Counted from the first letter of the stretch, positions 8,451-17,511 are shown. The stretch is DNA of 64,000 nt from Sedimenticolaceae bacterium (GCA_050297535.1 JBNKSV010000004.1:17313-81312); one strand, 5' to 3'. A program made the numbers and translations. The notes: generated by a model from the letters alone, not told the origin.

Positions 8451-11400
8451 TTATGCAAATGATGTCAAAGGCTCTGGTTCTGACACCCCGAAGCCCTGGA
8501 CATAATCCACACCTATCTCCGCCAAACGCACACGCACGTTATCGCTCTCAACGTACTCTGCTATGGTCTTCAGCCCCATCAGATGCCCAATCTGGTTGAT
8601 CGACTCAACCATTCCGCAATCTACCGGATCCTCCAATAGATCACGCACAAAGCCACCATCAATCTTGAGAAAATCCACTGGCAGATTTTTTAGATAGGCG
8701 AAAGAAGACATACCGGTGCCAAAGTCGTCTAAGGCAAAACTGCAACCCAGATCCCGCATCTCTCCGATAAAATGAATCGCCTGATCTAACCTGCTTACTG
8801 CAGCAGTCTCAGTTATCTCAAAACAGATCTTCTCCGCCGGTATGTTGTAACAGTTGAGCTGAGAAGTTATGAAAGTCCTCAACCCGCTATCGGCCAGGGA
8901 GTGTCCTGAAATATTGATCGAACATAACCCCAGGCGCAGCCCCCTGTACTTCGCTTCCTTCAACCAACTCAATGTATTCTGAATAACCCAGCGATCCAAC
9001 ATCGGCATCAAGGCAAACCGCTCAGCCGCCGGAATAAATGCACCCGGGGGAACATCTTTCCCTTCCCTATCGCGCATCCGGAGAAGAATCTCGAAGTGCT
9101 CCAGACCCTGTTCGTGTTCACTCATGGGCATGATCAGCTGGCGGCTCAGATATAGCCGGCCATCTTCAATGGCGGACTGAATCTCGGTAACCCAGCGCAT
9201 CTCACCCTGGCGTCTCGCTGTCTCTTTATCATCCGCCATATGGATATGCACGCGATTACGCCCCATATCTTTGGCTACATAGCAAGCGGCATCCGCGGCG
9301 CTCATAACCATATCAATGCTGGCAGTCTCTTCAGTTATAGCAGCAATGCCCACGCTCACACCGGTAGTGAAGGTCTTATCATCCCAGGAAAACCGGAACT
9401 CCTTTACCGCCTCGCATATCTTTAAGGCAAGCGTCTCTGCGCGCTCCAAACCGCACTCCTCCAGCAACAAACCAAACTCATCTCCGCCCAGACGAGCCAG
9501 GGTATCGTTTTGCCTTAGACTGTTTTGCAGCATTTTTGCGATCATCTGCAGCATGGCGTCACCCGCAACATGTCCACAGGTATCATTCACCAATTTAAAC
9601 TGATCCAGATCCATGTAACAAAGTGCATGTTGCGATAGGTTGGAACGCGCATCCTGCAGCGCCTTCATCAGACTCTGCTCAAAGGCGTATCTGTTCAGAA
9701 GCCTGGTCAGAGGATCATGGGTTGCCAGAAAGCTCAGCCGCTGTTCCAGGGCGTAGCTCTCAGTTACATCCCGGAATACCGTCACCGCCCCCAGCACCTC
9801 ACCCTCTTCGATGATGGGATAAGCCGAGTATTCGACTGGAAACGAGGTGCCATCCTTGCGCCAGAACACCTCTTTTTGCACCCGGCACGGGGTTCCAGTG
9901 CGGAATGCATCATATATTGGACAGGATTCTACCGGATAGGGCGAACCATCTTCATGGCTATGGTGGGTAAGGTCATGGGAGGACCTGCCGATGATGTCTT
10001 CGTACGCAAATCCCAGCATCTCCAGGGCCGACTGATTGATGAAGGTACACGCGCCATCTGCATCTATACCGAAGATACCCTCGCCGGTTGACTCCAACAA
10101 CAAGCGCAACTGACTATTCAACCGCCGCGTCTCTATACTCGAGTCCTTGAGCTGTTGGTGCGCCAGTCTGTGTTCCTGAACAAGGTTATAGTTGTGGATC
10201 GCATACGAGATCTCCGCCGCCATCTCATCCAGGAGCTCAATCATATCATCTCTAAAAAATCCTCCGTCTTTAGAGAACACACAAAATACCCCTATGGGTT
10301 TACCACTCTCCCTTAGGGGGAAAATCGCGGCGGAACACAAGGCATTCTGCATCAACATCTTTTGCCACTGTGCAGATGGATAATCTCCTTTCGCGTCATT
10401 CGTAATAATCGCGCGATTTTCTTTGACGGCAATGACTATCGGAGCGATATTCTCTCGCCCATTCGGAACCGTAGAGAATGTTATCTCTTCAATATTATCC
10501 CCGGTGGTCTCAGCTATGACTAGATTCTCTCCTTCCTCATCCAATAGCCCTATACATGCCTGATCCATACCGCCACATTCGACCGCTATGCGGCAGGTAT
10601 CTGCAAACAACTCTTGTTGGGAATCCAGCCGGGTTATGCTTTTCGAGGTCCAAAAGAGTGCGGCATACAACGACTTTTGCACTTCCAAGGCCCGTTCACG
10701 CGCCCTCATCTTCGACGCCATATCATCGAATGCCAGAGACACCTGCGTAATCTCATCATTCCCTGGCAGCCTTGCATGCCCCGAATAATCACCATGGGAG
10801 ATCCTGACTACGACATCTTTGAGCTTGCTGATACGGGAAATGACGGCGCCCTGCAACAACCAGGACAAGATAAAAAACGTCGCCGCAAGACCGCCAAAAT
10901 GGCTAATAGCATTTGCCCAAAGCCGCTGGCTGACCCGCTGTTCGATAATAGAGGCGGGCAGTTTGATACTCATCAACCCGCCGAAGTCACCGGGTTTGTA
11001 GCCGTAGCCCAAATGGTATCGCTTCTTAACACTCTCTGGGGCCTCATCATAGCTGCCGTGGCATTCCAAACAGCGCTGCTCCATCCAAATAGGCTGGGAA
11101 TAATGGTAATAAGGCTCGCCATCTTTATTTATGAAAGGTACCATCCTCTCCTTTTCTGAGGGTCTCTCACGAAAATAGCGAATGGCCTCCATCTCAATCT
11201 CATCGGCCATATTGCCGGGATTACGCGGAACATCAGACACATTATTGAAACTAAGGCCGGAGTCGATCCAGTTCCTAAACTCCATGGATATGCGACCTAT
11301 GGCCGCTGCAGGCAACAATCCCAAGGTAAGATCATTAATCGGCACCTTATGCGCAATAATGTATTTCTGATATGTGGCCCTAAAGGCCATTACCATCCCA

Positions 11401-11537
11401 CGTACAATACGCGCGTTACTTCTGATGTCATTAACAACCTCAGACCTGATTTGTTTATGGTTGAGATATTCAACGAGGACAAAATGCCCTATAAATACTA
11501 CGGCTACAGCAGCGAAAACTTTTGTTTTTAAGCGCAT
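8451..11537 (-). CDS. Membrane sensor: periplasmic DUF3365 (heme-c) - HAMP - GAF - PAS - GGDEF - EAL
   Basis: N-terminal TM, then a DUF3365-like region with CLECH (CxxCH, nt 11058-11072), a second TM, and a HAMP domain. PAS region reads LLLESTGEGIFGIDADG. GGDEF is intact (RLGGDEFGLLL), and EAL motifs are present (FEITE, DDFGTG, KIDGGFV). Confidence 0.85.
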   Translation of the reverse strand: MRLKTKVFAAVAVVFIGHFVLVEYLNHKQIRSEVVNDIRSNARIVRGMVMAFRATYQKYIIAHKVPINDLTLGLLPAAAIGRISMEFRNWIDSGLSFNNVSDVPRNPGNMADEIEMEAIRYFRERPSEKERMVPFINKDGEPYYHYSQPIWMEQRCLECHGSYDEAPESVKKRYHLGYGYKPGDFGGLMSIKLPASIIEQRVSQRLWANAISHFGGLAATFFILSWLLQGAVISRISKLKDVVVRISHGDYSGHARLPGNDEITQVSLAFDDMASKMRARERALEVQKSLYAALFWTSKSITRLDSQQELFADTCRIAVECGGMDQACIGLLDEEGENLVIAETTGDNIEEITFSTVPNGRENIAPIVIAVKENRAIITNDAKGDYPSAQWQKMLMQNALCSAAIFPLRESGKPIGVFCVFSKDGGFFRDDMIELLDEMAAEISYAIHNYNLVQEHRLAHQQLKDSSIETRRLNSQLRLLLESTGEGIFGIDADGACTFINQSALEMLGFAYEDIIGRSSHDLTHHSHEDGSPYPVESCPIYDAFRTGTPCRVQKEVFWRKDGTSFPVEYSAYPIIEEGEVLGAVTVFRDVTESYALEQRLSFLATHDPLTRLLNRYAFEQSLMKALQDARSNLSQHALCYMDLDQFKLVNDTCGHVAGDAMLQMIAKMLQNSLRQNDTLARLGGDEFGLLLEECGLERAETLALKICEAVKEFRFSWDDKTFTTGVSVGIAAITEETASIDMVMSAADAACYVAKDMGRNRVHIHMADDKETARRQGEMRWVTEIQSAIEDGRLYLSRQLIMPMSEHEQGLEHFEILLRMRDREGKDVPPGAFIPAAERFALMPMLDRWVIQNTLSWLKEAKYRGLRLGLCSINISGHSLADSGLRTFITSQLNCYNIPAEKICFEITETAAVSRLDQAIHFIGEMRDLGCSFALDDFGTGMSSFAYLKNLPVDFLKIDGGFVRDLLEDPVDCGMVESINQIGHLMGLKTIAEYVESDNVRVRLAEIGVDYVQGFGVSEPEPLTSFA

Positions 11538-11674
11538 ATATGATAATCAAGTAGATTTTCTACATCGGCACAACATCTATAGAACACAGGATTGGTTATC
11601 GGCAGTTGTCACATATACTTTATTAAATACATAGCTACTATAACCATCATTGCAATAAGGATTACATCTGACCC

Positions 11675-12658
11675 ATGATCATCCTATGCGGAGACATCGG
11701 CGGCACCAAGTCCAGGCTGGCAATATTCGATCTTGCCAGCTTTCCCAAGCCTATAATCGAACACTCATATCCCAGCAATGAGTACGGCTCGTTTACCGAA
11801 ATCGTCCAGGACCTCATCTCCAAACATGTTGGCCCTATAGCATATGCCGCTTTCGGCATTGCCGGGCCAATCTTGGGGCGTAGCTGCAAGACCACCAACC
11901 TACCCTGGCAAATAGATGCCGACCAGCTTGAACAGGCGTTTCCAATAACTTCCGTGCATCTGCTAAACGATCTGGAGGCGACGGCATACGGCATATCCGC
12001 CCTGGATGCAGGAGATCTTTATACTTTGCAGCATGGCAATTCGGATGCTCACGGCAATAGGGCGGTGATCGCGGCCGGTACCGGGCTGGGCCAGGCCGGG
12101 ATGTTTTGGGATGGCAACCGGCATATCCCCTTTGCCACAGAGGGAGGACATGGCGATTTTGCCCCGGGCAGCGATCTGGAAATCGCACTGTTATCGTATC
12201 TCAAGGCAGATACTAACAATCTATGTTGGGAGGATCTCCTCTCCGGCCCCGGCCTGGTCTCTATCTACAATTTTCTCTTATCCCAAAGCCCGGACCAGCC
12301 CCAGAACCATATACATACTGCGGAGGAGATCAGTATGCGCGCCGAGCAGGGTCAGGACCAATTATGCGTGAAAAGCCTTGAGATCTTCACCCGGATGTAC
12401 GGCGCAGAGGCCGGCAACTTGGCGCTCAAGATGATGGCAACCGGCGGCATCTATCTCGGCGGTGGTATCGCACCCAAAATATTGCCCTGGCTTAAACAGC
12501 CACCATTTCTTACGGCCTTTCGGCAAAAAGGCAAGATGCAGGATCTAATGCGTTCCATCCCGGTTCGGGTAATCCTGAATGACCGGGCCGCGCTCTACGG
12601 TCCCGCGCTCTATCTCAAAGAGCGAGTATTATCCAAATCCGTCTCTACAAGCTGTTGA
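11675..12658 (+). CDS. glk: Glucokinase
   Basis: N-terminal CGDIGGTKSRLA ATP-binding motif, ~327 aa, Glk-like throughout. Confidence 0.8.
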   Translation: MIILCGDIGGTKSRLAIFDLASFPKPIIEHSYPSNEYGSFTEIVQDLISKHVGPIAYAAFGIAGPILGRSCKTTNLPWQIDADQLEQAFPITSVHLLNDLEATAYGISALDAGDLYTLQHGNSDAHGNRAVIAAGTGLGQAGMFWDGNRHIPFATEGGHGDFAPGSDLEIALLSYLKADTNNLCWEDLLSGPGLVSIYNFLLSQSPDQPQNHIHTAEEISMRAEQGQDQLCVKSLEIFTRMYGAEAGNLALKMMATGGIYLGGGIAPKILPWLKQPPFLTAFRQKGKMQDLMRSIPVRVILNDRAALYGPALYLKERVLSKSVSTSC

Positions 12659-12687
12659 AATTATTCGCCTGCCTACACAAATTTCAA

Positions 12688-13788
12688 CTAATCTAGACGC
12701 TTATGAAACCGCTTAGTAGCCACCACCAGGGTGACGGCGGCAAAGGCGAACAGGGCGTAGATCTCCGACAGCATGTCGCCAATACCGGCGCCACGCAACA
12801 TGATGCCGTGGATCAAACGGGTAAAGTGGGTCAAAGGTAAAACCTCGGCTATATATTGCGCGGCCTGAGGCATGCCATCAAACGGGAACATGAAACCGGA
12901 CAGCAGGATCGACGGCAGGAAAAAGAAGAAGGTGATCTGCATGGCCTGAAACTGACTCTGGGCCACGGTGGAGATGACCAGCCCCAGGGTCAGATTGGCG
13001 GCGATAAAGATTAGCGCCGCCAGATAAACGTCGACCAGACTTCCCATTACCGGCACGTTAAATAGTAGATTTCCCAATAACAGGATCAGCGTGACCTGGA
13101 CCAGACCGATGAAGATATAAGGCAATATCTTGCCCACCATCAACTCGCCATTGCGCACTGGTGTATTGATCAGCAACTCCAGGTTGCCGCGCTCGCGCTC
13201 GCGCACAATGGCCATGGCGGTAAACATCACCATAGTCATGGTTAGGATCACCCCGATCAATCCCGGCACAATATTCACAGCTGAACGCCGCTCCGGGTTA
13301 AAGGGGTTGTATATCTCGAACAGATCTCCCGACCTCTGTACCCGTGGTGCAATATCTTGCCTCAACTGCATCTTGCTAAGCTGCAGCGCCGCACTGAGCA
13401 CCAACGGATCAGAACCATCCACCAGCAGTTGCGCCCCTGGGCGTTCCGGCTGTTGCAGACGACGTTCAAAATCCGGCGGGATAAATATCCCAACAGCAAT
13501 CTCGCCCTGGCGCAACATCTCAAGCAACTCCTTGGCACTATTCGCACTGCGAACCGGTTCTAACACCTGTGAGGCACGCGCCATAGACACCAGTTCCCGG
13601 GACAACTCGGTTCCGGCCTGATCCGCCACCCCGGCGCGCAGATGGCGCACATCAGTGTTGATGGCGTATCCGAACAGCATGATCTGCAACAGGGGAATAC
13701 CCACGATCATACCGAAGGTAAGCCGATCACGACTCAACTGCCGTACCTCTTTGCGCGCAATAGCCAGCAAGCGGCTTCTGCAGTTCAT
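12688..13788 (-). CDS. ABC-2 type exporter permease (YbhS/YbhR-like)
   Basis: 366 aa with an N-terminal TM, a large loop, then multiple C-terminal TM helices. Overlaps the upstream ATPase gene by 4 nt. Confidence 0.75.
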   Translation of the reverse strand: MNCRSRLLAIARKEVRQLSRDRLTFGMIVGIPLLQIMLFGYAINTDVRHLRAGVADQAGTELSRELVSMARASQVLEPVRSANSAKELLEMLRQGEIAVGIFIPPDFERRLQQPERPGAQLLVDGSDPLVLSAALQLSKMQLRQDIAPRVQRSGDLFEIYNPFNPERRSAVNIVPGLIGVILTMTMVMFTAMAIVRERERGNLELLINTPVRNGELMVGKILPYIFIGLVQVTLILLLGNLLFNVPVMGSLVDVYLAALIFIAANLTLGLVISTVAQSQFQAMQITFFFFLPSILLSGFMFPFDGMPQAAQYIAEVLPLTHFTRLIHGIMLRGAGIGDMLSEIYALFAFAAVTLVVATKRFHKRLD

Positions 13789-14726
13789 CCTCGCTCCTCC
13801 TGATAGCGCCCCTGGGTGGCAGCAACAAAGACATCCTCTAGGCTAGGTGGAGCAAGGTGGGCATCTCCTGTCACATCTGCGTCCCGCAAGGCCGCCTGCA
13901 TCCTCTTATCCGGTTCTGGAACATCCTTCTCCAACAGCACCCGCAATCTCGCCCCCAACTGGGTCACACTAAACACCCCTGGTTGTCGCTCCAGGGCATG
14001 GCGGGCAGCACTGGGGTCATTGGCATCAACCTCCACCACCGAGGCGTCAATACGCTCCTCCAGTTCGGACGGACTACCGTCGGCTACGATCACACCACGG
14101 TCGAGAATCGCTAGTCCGTGACACCGCTCGGCCTCATCCATATAGTGGGTGGAGACCAGGATGGTGGTGCCACGGCTCACCAGATCGAACAGGCTCTCCC
14201 AGAAATCACGGCGACTCTTTGGGTCCACCGCGGAGGTGGGTTCATCCAAGAATAGTAATTCCGGTTCATGCAGGACCGCCGCCGCCAGGGCCAAACGCTG
14301 ACGCTGGCCGCCACTCATGGTTCCGGCACGCCGATCCCTGAGTTCTTCCAGATGATATACATGTAACAGCTCTTCTATGCGGCTACGGCGCCGATTGGTT
14401 GGCAGACAATAAATCTCAGAAATAAATTGCAAATTCTCCCAGGTGGTCAGGTCCTCGTAGAGAGAGAAGCGCTGGGTCATGTAGCCGATTTTGTGTTTTA
14501 GGACCTCGGCCTCATCCGGCACTTTTAAACCTAGCACCTCAACTTCGCCTTCACTGGGGATAAGCAAACCACACAACATACGGATACTGGTGGACTTGCC
14601 AGAACCGTTGGGGCCAAGAAAGCCATAGATCTTGGCGCGCGGGATATGCAGGTCAATATTGTTCACTGCCACCAGATCGCCGAAGCGGCGGGTAAGACCG
14701 CGGGTGATGATGGCGGCCTCACTCAC
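13785..14726 (-). CDS. ABC transporter ATP-binding protein
   Basis: Walker A GPNGSGKST, signature MSGGQRQRL, Walker B LLFLDEPTS. Confidence 0.9.
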   Translation of the reverse strand: MSEAAIITRGLTRRFGDLVAVNNIDLHIPRAKIYGFLGPNGSGKSTSIRMLCGLLIPSEGEVEVLGLKVPDEAEVLKHKIGYMTQRFSLYEDLTTWENLQFISEIYCLPTNRRRSRIEELLHVYHLEELRDRRAGTMSGGQRQRLALAAAVLHEPELLFLDEPTSAVDPKSRRDFWESLFDLVSRGTTILVSTHYMDEAERCHGLAILDRGVIVADGSPSELEERIDASVVEVDANDPSAARHALERQPGVFSVTQLGARLRVLLEKDVPEPDKRMQAALRDADVTGDAHLAPPSLEDVFVAATQGRYQEERG

Positions 14727-15484
14727 TCCTCCGTCTCCTGCAACTCCCCGTCGACCGGCAGTCCTGCTGGCAGGTCGCCTGCGCCACTCAGGGCCACCTC
14801 AACCAGATATGAAAGATTGCTACGCTCATGTTCGCTCAGGGCATAAAACGGGGTGAACACCGGATCACTGGAGATGCGCCGCACCTTTCCTTCCAGCGGG
14901 TCTGCACGCCCATCCACCAACACCCGCACGCTATCCCCCACCCTAATCAAACTACGCTGTGACTCGGGGGCATAGAGACGCGCATAGGGGGCATCGCCCA
15001 CAAGCATAACCGCCAGCACCGATCCGGCTGGCGGTCTCTCACCGACCTCAAAGGGCAGTGCATCCACTCGCCCATAACTAGGCGCACGAATACTAAGACG
15101 TTGCAAAGACAACTGCGCCTGCTCTTCCTCGGCCTGGGCCTGTTCCCAAGCGCTTTGCGCCCTATCCAGCTGTTCCGGGCTGGAAAGATTCTGTTTGATA
15201 AGCTGCTGCTGACGTCCCAATTCGCGCTTGGCCTGTACGGCTCGGGCTGCAGCGCTCGCCAGCACCGCACGGGCGCGGCTGGTATCAAGCTGTACCAACA
15301 AGGCCCCGGCTTCTACCTGCTGTCCCTCATGCACCTTGATCTCAGCGATAGGCTCTGCCTCCTCGTTACTCAACTCTACTCGATCCCAGGCGAGTTCACC
15401 CACCATGCGTCCATCCATCCCTGAACCACAGCCCGTCAACCAAAGCGTGATAATAACTAACAGGAGAATTGATATAGGTTTCAT
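14723..15484 (-). CDS. HlyD-family periplasmic adaptor lipoprotein (YbhG-like, short)
   Basis: Lipobox LTGC in MKPISILLLVIITLWLTGCGS, a coiled-coil AQ-rich middle, and a beta-barrel-like C-terminus. 4-nt overlaps with both neighbours. Confidence 0.75.
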   Translation of the reverse strand: MKPISILLLVIITLWLTGCGSGMDGRMVGELAWDRVELSNEEAEPIAEIKVHEGQQVEAGALLVQLDTSRARAVLASAAARAVQAKRELGRQQQLIKQNLSSPEQLDRAQSAWEQAQAEEEQAQLSLQRLSIRAPSYGRVDALPFEVGERPPAGSVLAVMLVGDAPYARLYAPESQRSLIRVGDSVRVLVDGRADPLEGKVRRISSDPVFTPFYALSEHERSNLSYLVEVALSGAGDLPAGLPVDGELQETEE

Positions 15485-16137
15485 TTCTTCACCTCGGCAC
15501 CGTCATAGAACAGGCGTAACGCATGGGTAATCCAGCTCCGGACAAAATCTTCGTCCATTTCCAGTCCGAGGGCCGGTTCCACCACCGGTCTGCTGATAAA
15601 CGGAAACACGGCCATACTTAGTAGAGAAAGCGTGGCCAATACAGGATCTAGATCCGCACGCAAGCGACCTGCATTGCACTCCTCATTAATCAGAGCAGGC
15701 ACCATCTGTCCGGCGCGGACGGCAAAACGCCGAACAAACAGTTCACGAAAATTACCATCGCCATACAACACCTCGCGCACCACCAAGTTTGGCACCCAAG
15801 GATTCGCTGCCAGCATACGCACATATGATTCGACAAACTGAGAAAGGCTTGGACGCTCCGCTGGTTGCAGTTCCAGTTGTTGCAATAGCGGGGTAAACCG
15901 CTCTTCAAGCATGCTGGTGTACAGTCCCTCTTTACCTCCGAAATGATAATGAATCATGGCCGGATTGACCTTGGCTTGTGTGGCAATCTGACGCAGGGAG
16001 ACTGCGGCAAATTCGCGTCTAGCAAACAGATCGCGGGCGGCGTCCAACAAGGCCTGGCGACTCTGCTCCGGCGCCCTGCCTCTGGGCCGGCCAGGACGGG
16101 CGCGTGTTGGTCTAACGGTTTGTGCTTTTCTAGGCAT
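15481..16137 (-). CDS. TetR-family transcriptional regulator (first gene of the tetR-hlyD-ABC operon)
   Basis: HTH region FAAVSLRQIATQAKVNPAMIHYHFGGKEGLY, 218 aa. Confidence 0.85.
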   Translation of the reverse strand: MPRKAQTVRPTRARPGRPRGRAPEQSRQALLDAARDLFARREFAAVSLRQIATQAKVNPAMIHYHFGGKEGLYTSMLEERFTPLLQQLELQPAERPSLSQFVESYVRMLAANPWVPNLVVREVLYGDGNFRELFVRRFAVRAGQMVPALINEECNAGRLRADLDPVLATLSLLSMAVFPFISRPVVEPALGLEMDEDFVRSWITHALRLFYDGAEVKK

Positions 16138-16139
16138 AG

Positions 16140-16165
16140 ATTAATTAATACGCCGTTTAATTAAT
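16140..16165. promoter_or_regulatory. Perfect 9-bp inverted repeat ATTAATTAA-N8-TTAATTAAT, candidate TetR operator
   Basis: Read directly from the sequence. It starts 3 nt upstream of the tetR start codon, and each arm contains the self-palindrome TTAATTAA. Confidence 0.5.
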
Positions 16166-16316
16166 TGAGTCAAGGTCCTAATCGTCAACGAAAAACCAGC
16201 CCCTTGGCGAATTCTCCGCCAAGGAGGTTTGCGATTGACCTTAACCCGATTCAAACAAATTTTCGCCAGCGCCTGTTTCTATCCTCAATACCACACCGGG
16301 GAGACAGAAATATTTA

Positions 16317-16344
16317 TTGACACCTGGGGAAAACATGCTATTTT
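16317..16344 (+). promoter_or_regulatory. Candidate sigma70 promoter for the AdoMetDC-like/SET operon
   Basis: TTGACA (16317-16322), a 16-nt spacer, then TATTTT (16339-16344). This would give a ~165-nt leader before ATG 16514. Confidence 0.3.
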
Positions 16345-16513
16345 TCGCGAAATTACAACATGTAGGAGTATGACATTCCCGAGAAATTCTTGAGCCAAAG
16401 CTCAAGTATCAGACACAGGCTCGTACCTGCTGCCTGACTAGGAAAGAAAGATTACATAACGCATCTCGAGTTTTAAGTGGTTGCCCTGAACGGGTCGGCG
16501 GCTTTTAGCTTGG

Positions 16514-16933
16514 ATGCGTTTTTTTATGGCTGTTTCACAACAAGAGGGTAGAAAATTGGAAGAGTATCGAAGAATAGATATCGATGGAGTCAGGTACTAC
16601 GGGAAACATCTCATTGTTACTGCCCGTGGTTGCAACGAAAACATCCTGGACAAAGATAAGATGGCCGCATATATGACAGACTTGGTTGACCGTATCGACA
16701 TGGTTGCCTTCGGAGACCCCATCGTGGAACGCTTTGGCGGCGGCATCGAAGTCGGTATCTCTGCCGTACAGTTGATTGAGACCAGCGCCATCGTGATTCA
16801 CACCAACGACCAGGCACGGGATATGTATCTCGACGTATTCAGCTGCAAAACCTTTTTAGAACAAGATGTCCTGGATTTTACCCAGCAGATATTCGCCCCT
16901 TCTTCAACCAATTACCAGGTATTCTTCCGATGA
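16514..16933 (+). CDS. S-adenosylmethionine decarboxylase-like pyruvoyl-dependent enzyme (class 1b SpeH-like)
   Basis: Aligns from memory to Thermotoga SpeH: GKHLIV vs GRHLVA, LIETSAIVIHT vs VISESHLTIHT, VFSCK vs LFTCG. The putative pyruvoyl Ser is at nt 16784-16786. The start could be ATG 16526 instead. Confidence 0.7.
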   Translation: MRFFMAVSQQEGRKLEEYRRIDIDGVRYYGKHLIVTARGCNENILDKDKMAAYMTDLVDRIDMVAFGDPIVERFGGGIEVGISAVQLIETSAIVIHTNDQARDMYLDVFSCKTFLEQDVLDFTQQIFAPSSTNYQVFFR

Positions 16934-17400
16934 AAAGATTCTATCCTGACTCCTTGCCATCTTTCCCTCACGAACCAAGCCCCGATAATTTCAAGATCTG
17001 CCGCATCAGTGATTCAGTAGGAGAGGGCGTGGTTGCGCAGTCACATTTTGCCGAAGGTGAAATCGTGTGCGCCTTTTCCGGCTACTTTGTAGAAACTATC
17101 ACACAGTTTTCATTAACTGTGGGTCCGGATCTGCATATCCATGACCCCTTTTTCATGGGCAAGATTCTGCATTCATGTGATCCAAGTCTGCACTGTGACA
17201 TGGCGCGCAGACTGTTTATCGCCAAAAGGGATATACGTCCAGGCGACATCATCACCATGGATTATAATCAAACAGAGCCTCTCCTGTTTAAGCCGTTCCA
17301 CTGTTCATGTGGCGCAGAAAATTGCCGTGGATATATAGCGGGACATGAGGCGCTTCCCTACCAGGAAGACATCTCCATGTATGCGGTAAATGCTGGATAA
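16930..17400 (+). CDS. SET-domain protein (putative AdoMet-dependent methyltransferase) with a post-SET Cys cluster
   Basis: GEGVVAQSHFAEGEIV, HSCDPS (the NHSCxPN-type motif, nt 17170-17187), DIRPGDIITMDY, and C-terminal CSCGAENCRGYI. ATGA start/stop overlap with the upstream gene. Confidence 0.8.
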   Translation: MKRFYPDSLPSFPHEPSPDNFKICRISDSVGEGVVAQSHFAEGEIVCAFSGYFVETITQFSLTVGPDLHIHDPFFMGKILHSCDPSLHCDMARRLFIAKRDIRPGDIITMDYNQTEPLLFKPFHCSCGAENCRGYIAGHEALPYQEDISMYAVNAG

Positions 17401-17428
17401 TTTAATTGTGGCTGAATAGTTGCGGCAG

Positions 17429-17500
17429 AGGGGTCGGAATCAAACCATCGCATCGCGTCGGTTGGACCGAACAAAATCGGATGGCTTGACTCCGACCCCT
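17429..17500. repeat. 72-nt imperfect palindrome (long hairpin) between convergent genes
   Basis: AGGGGTCGGAaTCAA (17429-17443) pairs with TTGAcTCCGACCCCT (17486-17500). Nested inner pairings are CCATCG/CGgATGG and TCGGT/ACCGA. There is no U-tract on either strand. Confidence 0.5.
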
Positions 17501-17511
17501 TACTAGAAAAA

